Positions 27,701-36,802 are shown, counted from the stretch's first letter. The stretch is 44,597 nt of DNA from Victivallales bacterium (GCA_045639225.1 JAZUCR010000697.1:1-44597); one strand, 5' to 3'. The notes: generated from the letters alone by a model not told the origin. Program-made: numbers and translations.

Positions 27701-29125
27701 GCCCTGCGCCGCCATCGGCTTCAGAATGATTTCGATATCCTCGCGGGTATAACCGAAGAACTGCTGCCGGGCGGGCAGATTTTTTTCCGGTTCCGAGGCG
27801 GTGATATCGGTGAAAAGACCATGGACCGGCAGACGGTTTTCCTCGACCCAGCGGCGGTAGGGCTTGCTGCGGGCGAGGCGCGTCTTGATTTCCGAATCGA
27901 GGATGAGACGGTGCTGATTGAGGTCCAGAAACAGAATTTCTCCGGGTTTCAGCCGTCCTTTGGTCTTGACCTCTTCCGCGGGGATGTCCAGCACGCCGGC
28001 TTCGCTCGCCAGAATGAACAGACCGTTTTTACATAAAGTGTAACGTGCCGGACGCAGACCGTTGCGGTCGAGAATGGCGCCCAGATTGATGCCGTCGGTG
28101 AACGCCAGCGCGGCAGGACCGTCCCATGGTTCCATCAGGGCGGAATGATATTCGAAAAAGCCGCGGACATCGCGTCCCATGTAATAGTTGACACCCCACG
28201 CCTGCGGGACCAGCATCAGCATCGCGTGTTCGATGGGACGTCCGGCGGCGACCAGCAGTTCCAGCATGTTGTCCAGACACGCCGAATCGCTTTGTCCGGG
28301 TTCGATCAGCGGCAGGATCTTTTTCAGGTCGTCTCCGAGGACCGGCGATGAAAGCAGCCGTTCCCGTGCCTTCAGCGCGTTCAGATTGCCGCGCAGCGTG
28401 TTGATTTCGCCGTTATGTGCCAGATAACGGTAAGGATGCGCCAGCTGCCAGGTCGGGAAGGTGTTGGTGCTGTAACGCTGGTGCACCAGCGCGAAACGCG
28501 AGCGGAAGAGTTCATCGGAAAGGTCCGGATAAAAATCCTTGATCTGGGAGGCGAGCAGCAGTCCTTTGTAAACCACCGTGCGGGAGGACATGCTGCAGAT
28601 ATAGAGGTCGAGATGCTGTTTTTCGATCAGTCTCCGCATGACAAAAAGTTTGCGTTCGAAAGCCGCGTTGTCGGAGAATCCGCTGCCGTCGATGAACAGC
28701 TGGCGGATGGCGGGCCGGTTGCCCTGGGCTTTGCGTCCGATCGCGGACGGCACCACCGGAACTTCCCGCCAGCCGAGAATGGAACCGCCTTCCGATTCGA
28801 TGATCTTTTCCATTTGTTTTTCGCAGCCGAGCCCGCCGAACACCATGGCCACGGCATATAAACCGGCTTTCGGCAGTTCGACCCCGGACCGTTTCCGGAA
28901 GAATTCATCGGGCAGACTGAGCAGCAGACCGGCGCCGTCGCCGGTTTCCGGATCGCTGCCCGCCGCGCCGCGGTGCATCAGTCGTGTCAGAATGGCGATC
29001 CCTTTTTCCACGATGTCGTGGCTCGGTTCGCCGTTGAGGTTTACCGCCATGCCGACTCCGCAGGCATCGTGTTCCTGATCCGGCCGGTAGAGGGCGTAAG
29101 GCTGCTGTCGAAATATCTGTTCCAT
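24716..29125 (-). CDS. gltB: Glutamate synthase large (alpha) subunit
   Basis: 1469 aa. N-terminal Ntn amidotransferase (HDACGVGM), FMN/Fe-S central domain (GAMSLGSLSPEAH, CGEGGE, GAKPGEGGQLPG, ISGHDGGTGASP), and C-terminal GXGXG beta-helix. Confidence 0.95.
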   Translation of the reverse strand: MEQIFRQQPYALYRPDQEHDACGVGMAVNLNGEPSHDIVEKGIAILTRLMHRGAAGSDPETGDGAGLLLSLPDEFFRKRSGVELPKAGLYAVAMVFGGLGCEKQMEKIIESEGGSILGWREVPVVPSAIGRKAQGNRPAIRQLFIDGSGFSDNAAFERKLFVMRRLIEKQHLDLYICSMSSRTVVYKGLLLASQIKDFYPDLSDELFRSRFALVHQRYSTNTFPTWQLAHPYRYLAHNGEINTLRGNLNALKARERLLSSPVLGDDLKKILPLIEPGQSDSACLDNMLELLVAAGRPIEHAMLMLVPQAWGVNYYMGRDVRGFFEYHSALMEPWDGPAALAFTDGINLGAILDRNGLRPARYTLCKNGLFILASEAGVLDIPAEEVKTKGRLKPGEILFLDLNQHRLILDSEIKTRLARSKPYRRWVEENRLPVHGLFTDITASEPEKNLPARQQFFGYTREDIEIILKPMAAQGKEPVGSMGNDAALAVLSAKPQLLFAYFKQLFAQVTNPPIDPIREELVMSLMTYIGNHGNILEETPEHARLIKLRRPILTDDELNHLQNFGAHGFHSRVLPCGFDARGGETALRQALRTLAENAVAAARADERILILSDQDLPPGMAAIPSLLACSAVNRALIEADLRPETGIIIRSGEVREIMHFALLLGYGATAINPHLALETVTALSRSGAIAVDPVTAAGNYINAVGKGLLKIMSKLGISTLRSYRSAQAFEAVGLSRAFLDEFLPGTVSRIGGIGLAEIARDAAARAGNVDYASSLLPAGGQYRYRKDGEDHLWNPQSLATFRQAVQKGDYARFKEYSKLIDDQAHHLCTLRGLFQFKKTEPIPIEEVEPVESILKHFVSGAMSLGSLSPEAHMTIAKAMNQCGAMSNCGEGGENRERFGTEFNSAIKQVASGRFGVTINYLRNAKDIQIKMAQGAKPGEGGQLPGYKVNDFVAKIRHSMPGVTLISPPPHHDIYSIEDLAQLIYDLHNANPRARISVKLVSEPGVGTVAAGVAKAKADVVLISGHDGGTGASPLTSIKYAGLPWELGIAEAQQTLVLNGLRENIKIQVDGQLKTGRDVVIGALLGAEEFGFATTILVCLGCVMMRQCHSNTCPMGVATQDPELRKNFAGKPEYIVNFLKFIAAEVREYLAQLGLRSLEEACGRSDLLETNHAIDFFKTENLDFTDLLKPAPQGARHFNAARPQIPLENFDRRNLLNRLKLDGSKETLEVTVCNADRTVGTELSGEVADRYGSAGLPEDTVKINLTGTAGQSFGAFLAPGITLTLAGEANDFVGKGLSGGKIVIRKPPKADYPAENNVIAGNVIGYGGTSGKIFINGIAGERFAIRNSGMTLVAEGIGDHGCEYMTGGRVVILGRVGVNFAAGMTGGLAYVYDENGHFDLSCNSDGIDLESIEPGSEGESELKNLIQEHYDATGSRKAADMLADWEQYREKFVRVFPVEYRNALKNKGNC

Positions 29126-29224
29126 AGTGCTGACCTTTCCTGTTTTTGCACTCTTTTTCCTAAATCTACAGGCTTACAGCAAAATCCATGCCAACTCGGT
29201 TTTCGCGAAAGCAGTTTTATTTTG

Positions 29225-29272
29225 TTTTACAAAAAATGTAAACAACAAGATGAAAATTACAAAAAATGTAAA
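29225..29272. promoter_or_regulatory. Two copies of the palindrome TTACAAAAAATGTAA spaced 30 bp apart, upstream of gltB
   Basis: TTTTACAAAAAATGTAAA (29225-29242) and ATTACAAAAAATGTAAAG (29256-29273 region). Each is TTACA-N5-TGTAA. They lie 100-150 bp upstream of the gltB start codon (29125, minus strand). Confidence 0.4.
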
Positions 29273-29355
29273 GAAATAATCGGAAAAGACTCTGCTTCCC
29301 GGCGGCCGGTTAAGTTCTTTACAATTTGCACGAAATCATCGGGCTCGGTTTTTTT

Positions 29356-29500
29356 TGCTGTTTTTCATGCTGTTTTCGTGCTGTTTTTCATGCTGTTTTT
29401 GTGCTGGGTTCATGCTGTTTTCGTGCTGTTTTCTGTTTTTCATGCTGTCTTCATGCTGGGTTCGTGGTGTTTTTTACTGCTTTTTGTGCCGCTTTTTCGT
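29356..29500. repeat. Tandem array of about 11-12-bp units, [CA/CG]TGCTGTTTT(T), about 12-13 units, degenerating at the right end
   Basis: GCTG recurs at 29357, 29369, 29380, 29392, 29403, 29414, 29425, 29444 and 29455, then as degenerate units. Every unit carries a T4-5 tract, so the T-tracts are phased with the DNA helical repeat. Confidence 0.85.
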
Positions 29501-29538
29501 ATTCCTTCTTGCATTTCATCTTTTTCGTATTATATTAC

Positions 29539-29590
29539 CATGATGCCGGTAATTGAAATGGGAATTACCGGCATCATGAATTTTATTTCC
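29539..29590 (+). terminator. Perfect 16-bp inverted repeat followed by a T-run (orphan intrinsic-terminator-like element)
   Basis: CATGATGCCGGTAATT (29539-29554), an 8-nt loop, then AATTACCGGCATCATG (29563-29578), followed by AATTTTATTT. No annotated plus-strand gene ends here. Confidence 0.55.
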
Positions 29591-29776
29591 AAATCCGTTT
29601 CAGAGCAGAGTGTTTTTCCGATGGCGATGCCGGAAAAGCGAAGACAGGCCGAGGACTCGGTTCTTCGGCCGATGCCGTCGGCAGAGCAAATAAAAGACCG
29701 CCAGCGACAAAATTGGCATGGATAATGCTAATAACCTGATAATAAAGTGGGGAATACTTTATGGAAAGGGAATAAA

Positions 29777-31495
29777 ATGTCGGATTCAGTCAAACATGAA
29801 TGCGCGGTGGCGCTGCTGCGTCTGCGTAAGAAACCCGAGTATTACATCCGGAAATACGGCAATGCCAATTACGGATTCGGGAAAATGGCGCTGCTGCTGG
29901 AAAAACAGCACAACCGGGGACAGGACGGTGCGGGGATCGCTTCTCTGGGACTGAACCCTGAACCGGGACTGCCGGCGTATCACATCCAGAAATCGGCTGC
30001 GGCGGAAGATCCGCTGGCTGACCTGTTGGGACGGTGTGCGGGCAGCAGTGAATTCAACGGCGAGGTCCTGCTGGGACATTTGCGCTATGCCACTTACGGC
30101 CGTCATGCGGTTTCCGCCTGTCATCCGTTCGTGCATGAATCCAGCTGTCTGCGGCGGACTCTGCTGCTGGCCGGCAATTTCAATCTGACCAATACCGGCG
30201 AGCTGTTCGAGCGGTTCCGCCAGACCGGACATCATCCGGCGAGCCGGGCGGACGGATATCTGATCACGCAGATGATCGGCCATTATCTGGAACAGGATGC
30301 CGATCTGCATGCGGGTTCGCCGGCCTGGCAGGAGATCCTGCGTCAGGCGCTGAGTGAGCTGGACGGTGCTTTTACGCTCTGCGGGGTGAACGGGGAAGGG
30401 GAGGCGTTCGTGATCCGGGATCCGCACGCGATCCGGCCGGGATATTTTTATTTCGACGATGAAGTGTTCGTGGCGGCCAGCGAACGTCCGGCGATCCAGG
30501 CGGCATTCAACTGTTCCACGGCGGAAGTCATGGAGATACCCGCGGGCAAGGCGCTGGTGATCCCGAAAAGCGGCGAGCTCCAGATGCTGGATTGTCTGGA
30601 GGAAGCCCCGCGGCGCAGCTGCGTCTTCGAGCGGATCTATTTTTCGCGTCCGAATGATGCGGATATCCACCGGGAACGGAAGCATCTGGGAAAATCGCTG
30701 GTGCCCGAACTGCTCGAAGCGGTGAATTATGATTTCGAGAACACCTTTTTCAGCTACATTCCGAACTCGGCGCAGGTAAGTTTTCACGGGATGCTGGAAG
30801 AACTGATGAAAATCGCTGTTGCGTCCGGGAAAACCGTACGGTTCGGCCAGATCGCGATCAAGGATGCCAAATTCCGCACGTTCATCGCGGACGCGGCGAT
30901 CCGGAATGAACTCGGCATGCACGTTTACGACATCACTTACGGGCTGGTCCATCCGGGAACCGATACGCTGGTGGTGCTGGATGATTCCATCGTGCGGGGC
31001 AATACGATGCGGAACGCCATTCTGCCGATGCTCAACCGGCTGAATCCGAAAAAGATCATTGTGGCGAGTTCCGCGCCGATCATCCGGTATCCCGACTGCT
31101 ACGGGATCGACATGGCCTGCGCCGGCGATCTGTGCGCGTTTCAGGCGGCGGCGGACATTTTGCGCAAACAGGGCCGTGCCGATGTGCTGGTCCGCAGTTT
31201 CGAACGGGCGAAAGAGGATCTTGCCAAAGGCGAAAACCGGAACCGCATGAAGGAGATTTACGATGCGGTCGGTGAAGAAGAACTGCTGAAGGATATCGCC
31301 GCACTGCTGACTCCGCCGGGACTCCAGGCCGAGCTGCAGATCGTCTACCAGTCGATGAAGGCCCTGCGTGACTGCTGTCCGGATTATCCCGGCGACTGGT
31401 ATTTTACCGGCGATTATCCGACGCCCGGCGGGTTCCGCATGGTCAACCGGGCACTGGTGAACTACATGGAAGACAAGAACGAACGGGCATATTGA
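29777..31495 (+). CDS. purF: Amidophosphoribosyltransferase-like class II (Ntn) glutamine amidotransferase, long Bacteroidota-type form
   Basis: MSDSVKHECAVALLRLRKKPEYYIRKYGN...LLEKQHNRGQDGAGIA, and the PRTase motif LVVLDDSIVRGNT. The start is set at the ATG at 29777, preceded by GGAAAGGGAATAAA. Confidence 0.8.
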   Translation: MSDSVKHECAVALLRLRKKPEYYIRKYGNANYGFGKMALLLEKQHNRGQDGAGIASLGLNPEPGLPAYHIQKSAAAEDPLADLLGRCAGSSEFNGEVLLGHLRYATYGRHAVSACHPFVHESSCLRRTLLLAGNFNLTNTGELFERFRQTGHHPASRADGYLITQMIGHYLEQDADLHAGSPAWQEILRQALSELDGAFTLCGVNGEGEAFVIRDPHAIRPGYFYFDDEVFVAASERPAIQAAFNCSTAEVMEIPAGKALVIPKSGELQMLDCLEEAPRRSCVFERIYFSRPNDADIHRERKHLGKSLVPELLEAVNYDFENTFFSYIPNSAQVSFHGMLEELMKIAVASGKTVRFGQIAIKDAKFRTFIADAAIRNELGMHVYDITYGLVHPGTDTLVVLDDSIVRGNTMRNAILPMLNRLNPKKIIVASSAPIIRYPDCYGIDMACAGDLCAFQAAADILRKQGRADVLVRSFERAKEDLAKGENRNRMKEIYDAVGEEELLKDIAALLTPPGLQAELQIVYQSMKALRDCCPDYPGDWYFTGDYPTPGGFRMVNRALVNYMEDKNERAY

Positions 31496-31516
31496 AAGAA
31501 CAGGGAGAAAGCGACA

Positions 31517-33118
31517 ATGAAAACGAAACACATCTTCATTACCGGCGGAGTGGTATCGAGTCTGGGCAAAGGGATCACCGGCGCGGCGCTGGCGTTTCTG
31601 CTGGAAAAACGCGGATTCCGCGTGGCCATGCAGAAACTGGACCCCTATCTGAACGTGGACCCCGGCACGATGAGTCCTTACCAGCACGGCGAGGTGTTCG
31701 TGACCGACGACGGTGCGGAAACGGATCTGGACCTGGGACATTATGAACGGATCGCCGGCGTGGCCTGTTCCAAGGCCAGCAATTATACTTCCGGGAAAAT
31801 CTACAGCAACGTGATCGCGCGGGAACGCGCCGGCGGCTATCTCGGCGGCACGGTTCAGGTCATTCCCCATATCACCGATGAGATAAAAAATGCGATGCGT
31901 TCTCTGCATGCGGACGGGGTCGATATCGCCATTTCGGAGATCGGCGGCACTACGGGCGATATCGAAAGTCTGCCGTTCCTCGAGGCGGCGCGTCAGTTCA
32001 AGCTGGAATCCGATCCGGGCGACGCCATCTTCCTGCATCTGACACTGGTTCCGTATATCCGTGCTGCCAAAGAACTCAAGACCAAGCCCAGCCAGCATTC
32101 GGTGGCGGCTTTGCGGGGGATCGGCGTCACGCCGGATATCCTGGTCTGCCGCAGTGAGATCCCGATGGAGGACGAACATCTGAAAAAACTGTCGCTGTTC
32201 TGCAACGTGCCGCGTTCCTGCGTGATCGAAGAACTCGATGTGCAGAATTCCATCTACGAAGTCCCGCTGGAACTGGAACGCCAGGGGCTGGATCTGCGCG
32301 TGCTGGAACTGTTGCGCCTGGATCCGCGTGAGATCCAGCTGGAAGATTACCGGAAATGGCTCGAAGGCGTGCTGAATCCCACCCGGCATTGCCGGATCGC
32401 GGTCGTCGGCAAATACATCCGCCATCAGGACGCTTACAAGAGCATCTACGAGGCACTCAGTCACGCAGGGATCAAACATTCCTGCAAGGTGGAAGTCAAA
32501 AAAATCGAATCCGAAGAACTGGAAACCGGTAATCCGGCGGATCTGCTCGAAGATGTGGACGGCATCCTGGTTCCCGGCGGTTTCGGCGCCCGCGGGATCG
32601 AGGGCAAGATCAAGGCGGTCGAATACGCCAGAACCAACGGCGTCCCGTTCCTCGGGATCTGTCTCGGCATGCAGTGTGCGGTCATCGAATACGCCCGGCA
32701 TGTGCTGGGGTGGGCCGATGCGGAGAGTTCCGAGTTCGATCAGAAGACTTCACATCCGGTGATCGACCTGATGGATGAACAGCGCACGATCTCCGATAAG
32801 GGCGGAACTATGCGTCTCGGCGCTTATGACTGCGCCATCGTTCCCGGTTCCCTGGCGGAAAAATGCTACGGTACCGCCGCCATCCGGGAACGTCACCGTC
32901 ATCGTTACGAATACAATTCCCGTTACCGCAAGGATTTGGAAAATGGAGGCCTGAAGGTGAGCGGGACCAATCCGCAGCGCGGACTGGTCGAGATCGTGGA
33001 ACTGGCGGACCATCCGTATTTCATCGCCTGCCAGTTCCATCCCGAATTCAAATCCCGGCCGCAGAATGCGCATCCGCTGTTCGACGGTCTGATCGCCGCA
33101 GCCTTGCGGTCAAAATGA
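31517..33118 (+). CDS. pyrG: CTP synthase
   Basis: MKTKHIFITGGVVSSLGKGI, LDPYLNVDPGTMSPYQHGEVFVTDDG, GATase domain GICLGMQ, and HRHRYE. 533 aa. Confidence 0.95.
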   Translation: MKTKHIFITGGVVSSLGKGITGAALAFLLEKRGFRVAMQKLDPYLNVDPGTMSPYQHGEVFVTDDGAETDLDLGHYERIAGVACSKASNYTSGKIYSNVIARERAGGYLGGTVQVIPHITDEIKNAMRSLHADGVDIAISEIGGTTGDIESLPFLEAARQFKLESDPGDAIFLHLTLVPYIRAAKELKTKPSQHSVAALRGIGVTPDILVCRSEIPMEDEHLKKLSLFCNVPRSCVIEELDVQNSIYEVPLELERQGLDLRVLELLRLDPREIQLEDYRKWLEGVLNPTRHCRIAVVGKYIRHQDAYKSIYEALSHAGIKHSCKVEVKKIESEELETGNPADLLEDVDGILVPGGFGARGIEGKIKAVEYARTNGVPFLGICLGMQCAVIEYARHVLGWADAESSEFDQKTSHPVIDLMDEQRTISDKGGTMRLGAYDCAIVPGSLAEKCYGTAAIRERHRHRYEYNSRYRKDLENGGLKVSGTNPQRGLVEIVELADHPYFIACQFHPEFKSRPQNAHPLFDGLIAAALRSK

Positions 33119-34075
33119 GGCTGGATCTTCCGGACTGCGGACGCTTTCACGCTCGATCAGGGTGAACGGGATCCGGCATCCTTTCATCGGGATCCCGGCG
33201 GTGATTTTTCCGGCGATATTTTCCGCGGCAGCAGCGGCGATCTGTTCGAAATTCTGGCGGATCGCGGTGATCGGCGGCGTGAAACACTCATTGCCGTACA
33301 GATCCTCCAATCCCATCAGGGATATATCTTGCGGAATGCGCAGTCCCGCCTTTTTGAGCAGATGACCGAGCTTGACCGCGAAGGTTTCACAGGCGCAGAA
33401 ACAGGCATCCGGTCCGGCTTTCAGGATGTACGGCAGCTCGGCTTCCAGTTCCGGATTGCGGTGTTCCAGATGGAGCGGCTCGAAATCCTGTCCGGTTTTC
33501 AGGCAGAACTGCCGGAATTCCTCCAGCCGCTCGGCGGCATCCGGCGAATTCTTCGTATGCGTCCCGAAATAGAAGATTTTCCGGCAGCCCCGGTCATAAA
33601 GATAGTCCAGCGCCATCCGTATCCCCTTCGGATCGGATATGATGCGCGGGATGTTTTCAAGCGTATTGGAAGCCGCATTGATCGTCAGGATCGGGATCGC
33701 AAAATTCTGAGGCAGCATTTTTTCCAGTCCTTCATCCCATTCCAGAGACACGATGCCGTCGAACATGTGGTCGCCCAGCAGGGAAATATCGGGCGTCGGA
33801 ATCAATTCCAGATGAAAACCGCGGCTGTGAAATTCGTTCTCCAGACAAAGCAGCAGACATTCCAGATAACCGGAGAACGCAAAAGACGGTATGATGATGG
33901 CGATATTGCGTTTCTCATGCACAGGCAGCAGATATCCTTTCCGGTGCGCCGCCTTGAGCACGGCACGTCTCGTTTCCTGGCGCATGTTCGGGAAACCGGA
34001 GAGCGCCCGGTACACAGTGGCCGGCGACATTTTCAGTTCCGCCGCCAGTTTCCGGATCGTTATTTTATCTGCCAT
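33110..34075 (-). CDS. LacI-family transcriptional regulator
   Basis: N-terminal HTH ITIRKLAAELKMSPATVYRALSG followed by a periplasmic-binding-protein-like sugar-binding core. Divergent from the glycoside-hydrolase operon. Confidence 0.85.
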   Translation of the reverse strand: MADKITIRKLAAELKMSPATVYRALSGFPNMRQETRRAVLKAAHRKGYLLPVHEKRNIAIIIPSFAFSGYLECLLLCLENEFHSRGFHLELIPTPDISLLGDHMFDGIVSLEWDEGLEKMLPQNFAIPILTINAASNTLENIPRIISDPKGIRMALDYLYDRGCRKIFYFGTHTKNSPDAAERLEEFRQFCLKTGQDFEPLHLEHRNPELEAELPYILKAGPDACFCACETFAVKLGHLLKKAGLRIPQDISLMGLEDLYGNECFTPPITAIRQNFEQIAAAAAENIAGKITAGIPMKGCRIPFTLIERESVRSPEDPASF

Positions 34076-34226
34076 GTCATGCCTCCTCTCCCGGACAATC
34101 TATCACCCCGGAGCCCGTTTTTCAAATTTTGTTTCAAATGTTTCATGAAGAAACCTCCCGAAAAGCATTGAAATTCCTTTTTGCGCATGTAAATTTCGGA
34201 TAAAATCTGAAGAACAGGAGTTTCTG

Positions 34227-36065
34227 ATGCAGTATTTACCTGGCGCCGCCGATTTTCTGCTCGGTTGCAATTACTGGTCGAGCGAGGCGGGGATCCGCAT
34301 GTGGCGCGACTGGTCGGAAGAGGCGCTCGAAAAAGATTTTGCCGCCCTCAAGGCCTCCGGCATGAATACCGTGCGGCTGTTTCCGCTCTGGAGCGATTTC
34401 CAGCCCGTCAGCTGGGCGTGCGGCTGCGCCGGCGCTCATGCCGAACTGGTCATGCCGGACGGTTCGCCGCTTCCGGAACACGGGCTTGCCCATTGGGGAT
34501 TGAGCGAAGTCATGATGAAACGCTTCCGCAAAACCGCCGATCTGGCTCAGAAATATGACCTGAAACTGGTCGTCGGACTGCTGACCGGCTGGATGAGCGG
34601 CGCCCTCTTTGTGCCACCCGCCCTGGCCGACAAAAATCTTTTCACCCATCCCGATGCACTCTATCTCGAAACCTTGTTCCTGCGCGGATTCGTCTCCGAA
34701 ATGAAAGATCATCCGTCCATCATGGCGTGGGAACCGGGCAACGAATGCAACTGTCTTTCGCAGTGCTCCGATCCCATGGTCAGCTGGAACTGGCTCAATC
34801 TGATCGCCTCGACCATCCGGCTGGCCGATCCGTCGCGCCCGGTTTATTCCGGCATGCACGGGTCCTCGACCGATCCGAAAGCCTGCTGGAACCAGCGGAT
34901 CCTGGGCGAACTCACCGATGCATTGACTACCCATCCGTATCCTGCCTTTACGCCGCATTGCGGACAAAGCGCCTTGAATACCATTCCCGCGGTTTATCAC
35001 GCAACTGCGGAAACACTCTATTACCAGGCCTCCGGGAAGCCGGCATTCGTGGAAGAAATCGGTTCATTCGGTCCCGAATATCTTTCCGACGAACGAACAG
35101 AGGCCTATTGCCGCACGGTGCTCTATTCCGCTTATGCGCACGGTCTGGGCGGGATGCTCTGGTGGTGCGCTTTCGCGTTCGACCATTGCGCGGAACAGCT
35201 GCCCTACCGCTGGGTGGCAATGGAACGCAACCTCGGCGCACTGTCTGCCGGCCGGGTCCCGTACGGAGCCGCCCGCGCCATGAAATCTTTCCGTCAGGAG
35301 ATCCGCACTCTGCCTTACGGCAAACTGCCGCCCCGCCGCGTGGACTGCCTCGTGCTGACTTCCGAGATGGAAAAACGCGCCTTGTGGCAGGCTGCATACG
35401 GCAGTTTCATTCTGAGCACACAGGCGGGATTCGAAATCGAATTCTGCGATATCCTTTCGCGCGACACTCTGCCGGATTCGAAATTCTATCTCGTTCCCGG
35501 CATTTCCGGTTACAGTGCGGTGCCGCTGGACAAATACCGGCTGCTGCTCAAGGCCGCGTCCGAGGGGACGGCGGTCTGTTTCACGGCAGGCAGCGGCATG
35601 CTCCAGCCGTTCGGTTCCGAATTCGGCTGCCGCGTGGACTATTGCGCCGAACTGCCGGAAAAAATCCAATTCACGATCGACGGCTGCGAAGAAAAATTCG
35701 AAGCCGATTCTCCGGTCACCAGACGTCTGATCGCGGACGGCTGCGCGGTCCATTCCAAAGATGCGGCGGGCAATCCGGTCCTGATCCGGCAGCGTTACGG
35801 CAAAGGTCAGCTGATCTATCTGAATGTTCCGCTCGAACAGGCGGCGGTCACTCCGGAATGCAAACTGTATCGAGTCTACCGGAAGATCGCGGAACTGGCG
35901 GGTTTGGACTTGCCGGAAAAAGCCCCGGAGATCGGGATCACGCATCACGAACTCCCGGACGGATCGGAGATACTGATCAAGATCAACTATGCCGATCATG
36001 AAGCCGATGGCATGGATCCCAATGAAGTAAAAATAGATATCAAGGAAAACAAGGAGGTTTTATGA
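34227..36065 (+). CDS. Glycoside hydrolase, clan GH-A TIM barrel (GH5/GH42-like), no obvious signal peptide
   Basis: NYWSSEAG...[15 protein letters not shown], acid/base-type motif WEPGNECN, and nucleophile-type motif FVEEIGSFG. The exact family is not assignable by eye. Confidence 0.65.
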   Translation: MQYLPGAADFLLGCNYWSSEAGIRMWRDWSEEALEKDFAALKASGMNTVRLFPLWSDFQPVSWACGCAGAHAELVMPDGSPLPEHGLAHWGLSEVMMKRFRKTADLAQKYDLKLVVGLLTGWMSGALFVPPALADKNLFTHPDALYLETLFLRGFVSEMKDHPSIMAWEPGNECNCLSQCSDPMVSWNWLNLIASTIRLADPSRPVYSGMHGSSTDPKACWNQRILGELTDALTTHPYPAFTPHCGQSALNTIPAVYHATAETLYYQASGKPAFVEEIGSFGPEYLSDERTEAYCRTVLYSAYAHGLGGMLWWCAFAFDHCAEQLPYRWVAMERNLGALSAGRVPYGAARAMKSFRQEIRTLPYGKLPPRRVDCLVLTSEMEKRALWQAAYGSFILSTQAGFEIEFCDILSRDTLPDSKFYLVPGISGYSAVPLDKYRLLLKAASEGTAVCFTAGSGMLQPFGSEFGCRVDYCAELPEKIQFTIDGCEEKFEADSPVTRRLIADGCAVHSKDAAGNPVLIRQRYGKGQLIYLNVPLEQAAVTPECKLYRVYRKIAELAGLDLPEKAPEIGITHHELPDGSEILIKINYADHEADGMDPNEVKIDIKENKEVL

Positions 36066-36802
36066 TGAAGAAAAAGTTTGTTTCGGTGGTTGCCAGATTC
36101 ACATTGATTGAGCTCCTGGTGGTGATTGCGATCATCGCGATTCTGGCGGCAATGCTGCTGCCGGCGCTGAACAAGGCCAGGGAACAAAGCCGCAGCACGG
36201 CCTGCATGAACAATCTCAAGACCATAGGCAGCTCAAGTGCCATGTATTCCAACGATTATTATGAGCATATGGTGCCGGGGAAATTCAAAGCATTCTGCTT
36301 TTACAATTATCTGGCAGATTATGGCTGCGACTGGAAAGACACCTACCGGCAGACAGACAAATTCCTGCGTGCCAGAGGGACCTTCGCCTGTCCGTCGGAA
36401 CCTTTGGGGTTTGACTGGTCTTACAGCAAATCACCATTTGCTTATGCCCATACCCATTACGAGACCAATGCCTATCTTTGCGGCGGCCGTGACGAAAACG
36501 ACAAGGTGAAACAGTCCAGAAAACTGAAGGATATTCTGCAGCCGACGATTGCAATGGCTTTCATGGATTCCGGTGACGGATCCGCCACCAGCGTCATGTA
36601 CCGAACGAGGACGGGAGCCCGCCATAAGGGGGGCAAGCTGATTCCCACCAGTTCTCAATCCCGTTATAATAATCTGGCCGGAAGGACCGGCACAATCAAT
36701 ATATCGTATGCCGACGGACACTGCGGCCCCATGAAACGCACTCAAGCGGATGCCGCAGCGGCCAGTGATGAAGCCTTCTTCAAGCAGGGGATCCGGCTCT
36801 GA
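36062..36802 (+). CDS. Prepilin-type N-terminal cleavage/methylation domain protein (DUF1559-like)
   Basis: [43 protein letters not shown] is the canonical type IV pilin-like leader and helix. This family is hugely expanded in Planctomycetota, Lentisphaerota and Verrucomicrobiota. ATGA overlap with the preceding GH gene. Confidence 0.85.
   Translation: MMKKKFVSVVARFTLIELLVVIAIIAILAAMLLPALNKAREQSRSTACMNNLKTIGSSSAMYSNDYYEHMVPGKFKAFCFYNYLADYGCDWKDTYRQTDKFLRARGTFACPSEPLGFDWSYSKSPFAYAHTHYETNAYLCGGRDENDKVKQSRKLKDILQPTIAMAFMDSGDGSATSVMYRTRTGARHKGGKLIPTSSQSRYNNLAGRTGTINISYADGHCGPMKRTQADAAAASDEAFFKQGIRL

Noticed and set aside
29356-29500. Possible CRISPR array
   Set aside because: The period is only 11-12 bp, there are no unique spacers between units, and no cas genes are present in the window.
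28973-29725. 250-aa ORF, plus the 76-aa and 62-aa ORFs, rich in Cys/Phe/Val across the gltB upstream region
   Set aside because: The unusual composition (HAVFVLFFMLFLCW...) is simply the translation of the T-rich 11-12-bp tandem repeat in three frames. There is no RBS, and the first part overlaps the gltB 5' end in antisense.
29786-32701. 971-aa minus-strand ORF spanning two genes
   Set aside because: It is antisense to both purF and pyrG, whose translations carry unmistakable family motifs. The product is Arg/Asp/Gly/Phe-rich with no recognisable domain, and a single protein crossing an intergenic gap of the opposite strand is implausible.
34076-34226. LacI operator palindrome in the lacI / GH divergent region (GTTTC-ATGAA-GAAAC near 34135-34160)
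   Set aside because: Only the outer 5 bp are complementary, and it does not resemble the usual TGNAANCGNTTNCA-type LacI-family operator. This is too weak to call.
34727-36001. 424-aa alternative-frame ORF inside the clan GH-A hydrolase gene
   Set aside because: The product is extremely Arg/Gly/Pro-rich, which is typical of an off-frame reading of GC-rich coding DNA. The frame starting at 34227 has coherent TIM-barrel glycosidase motifs.
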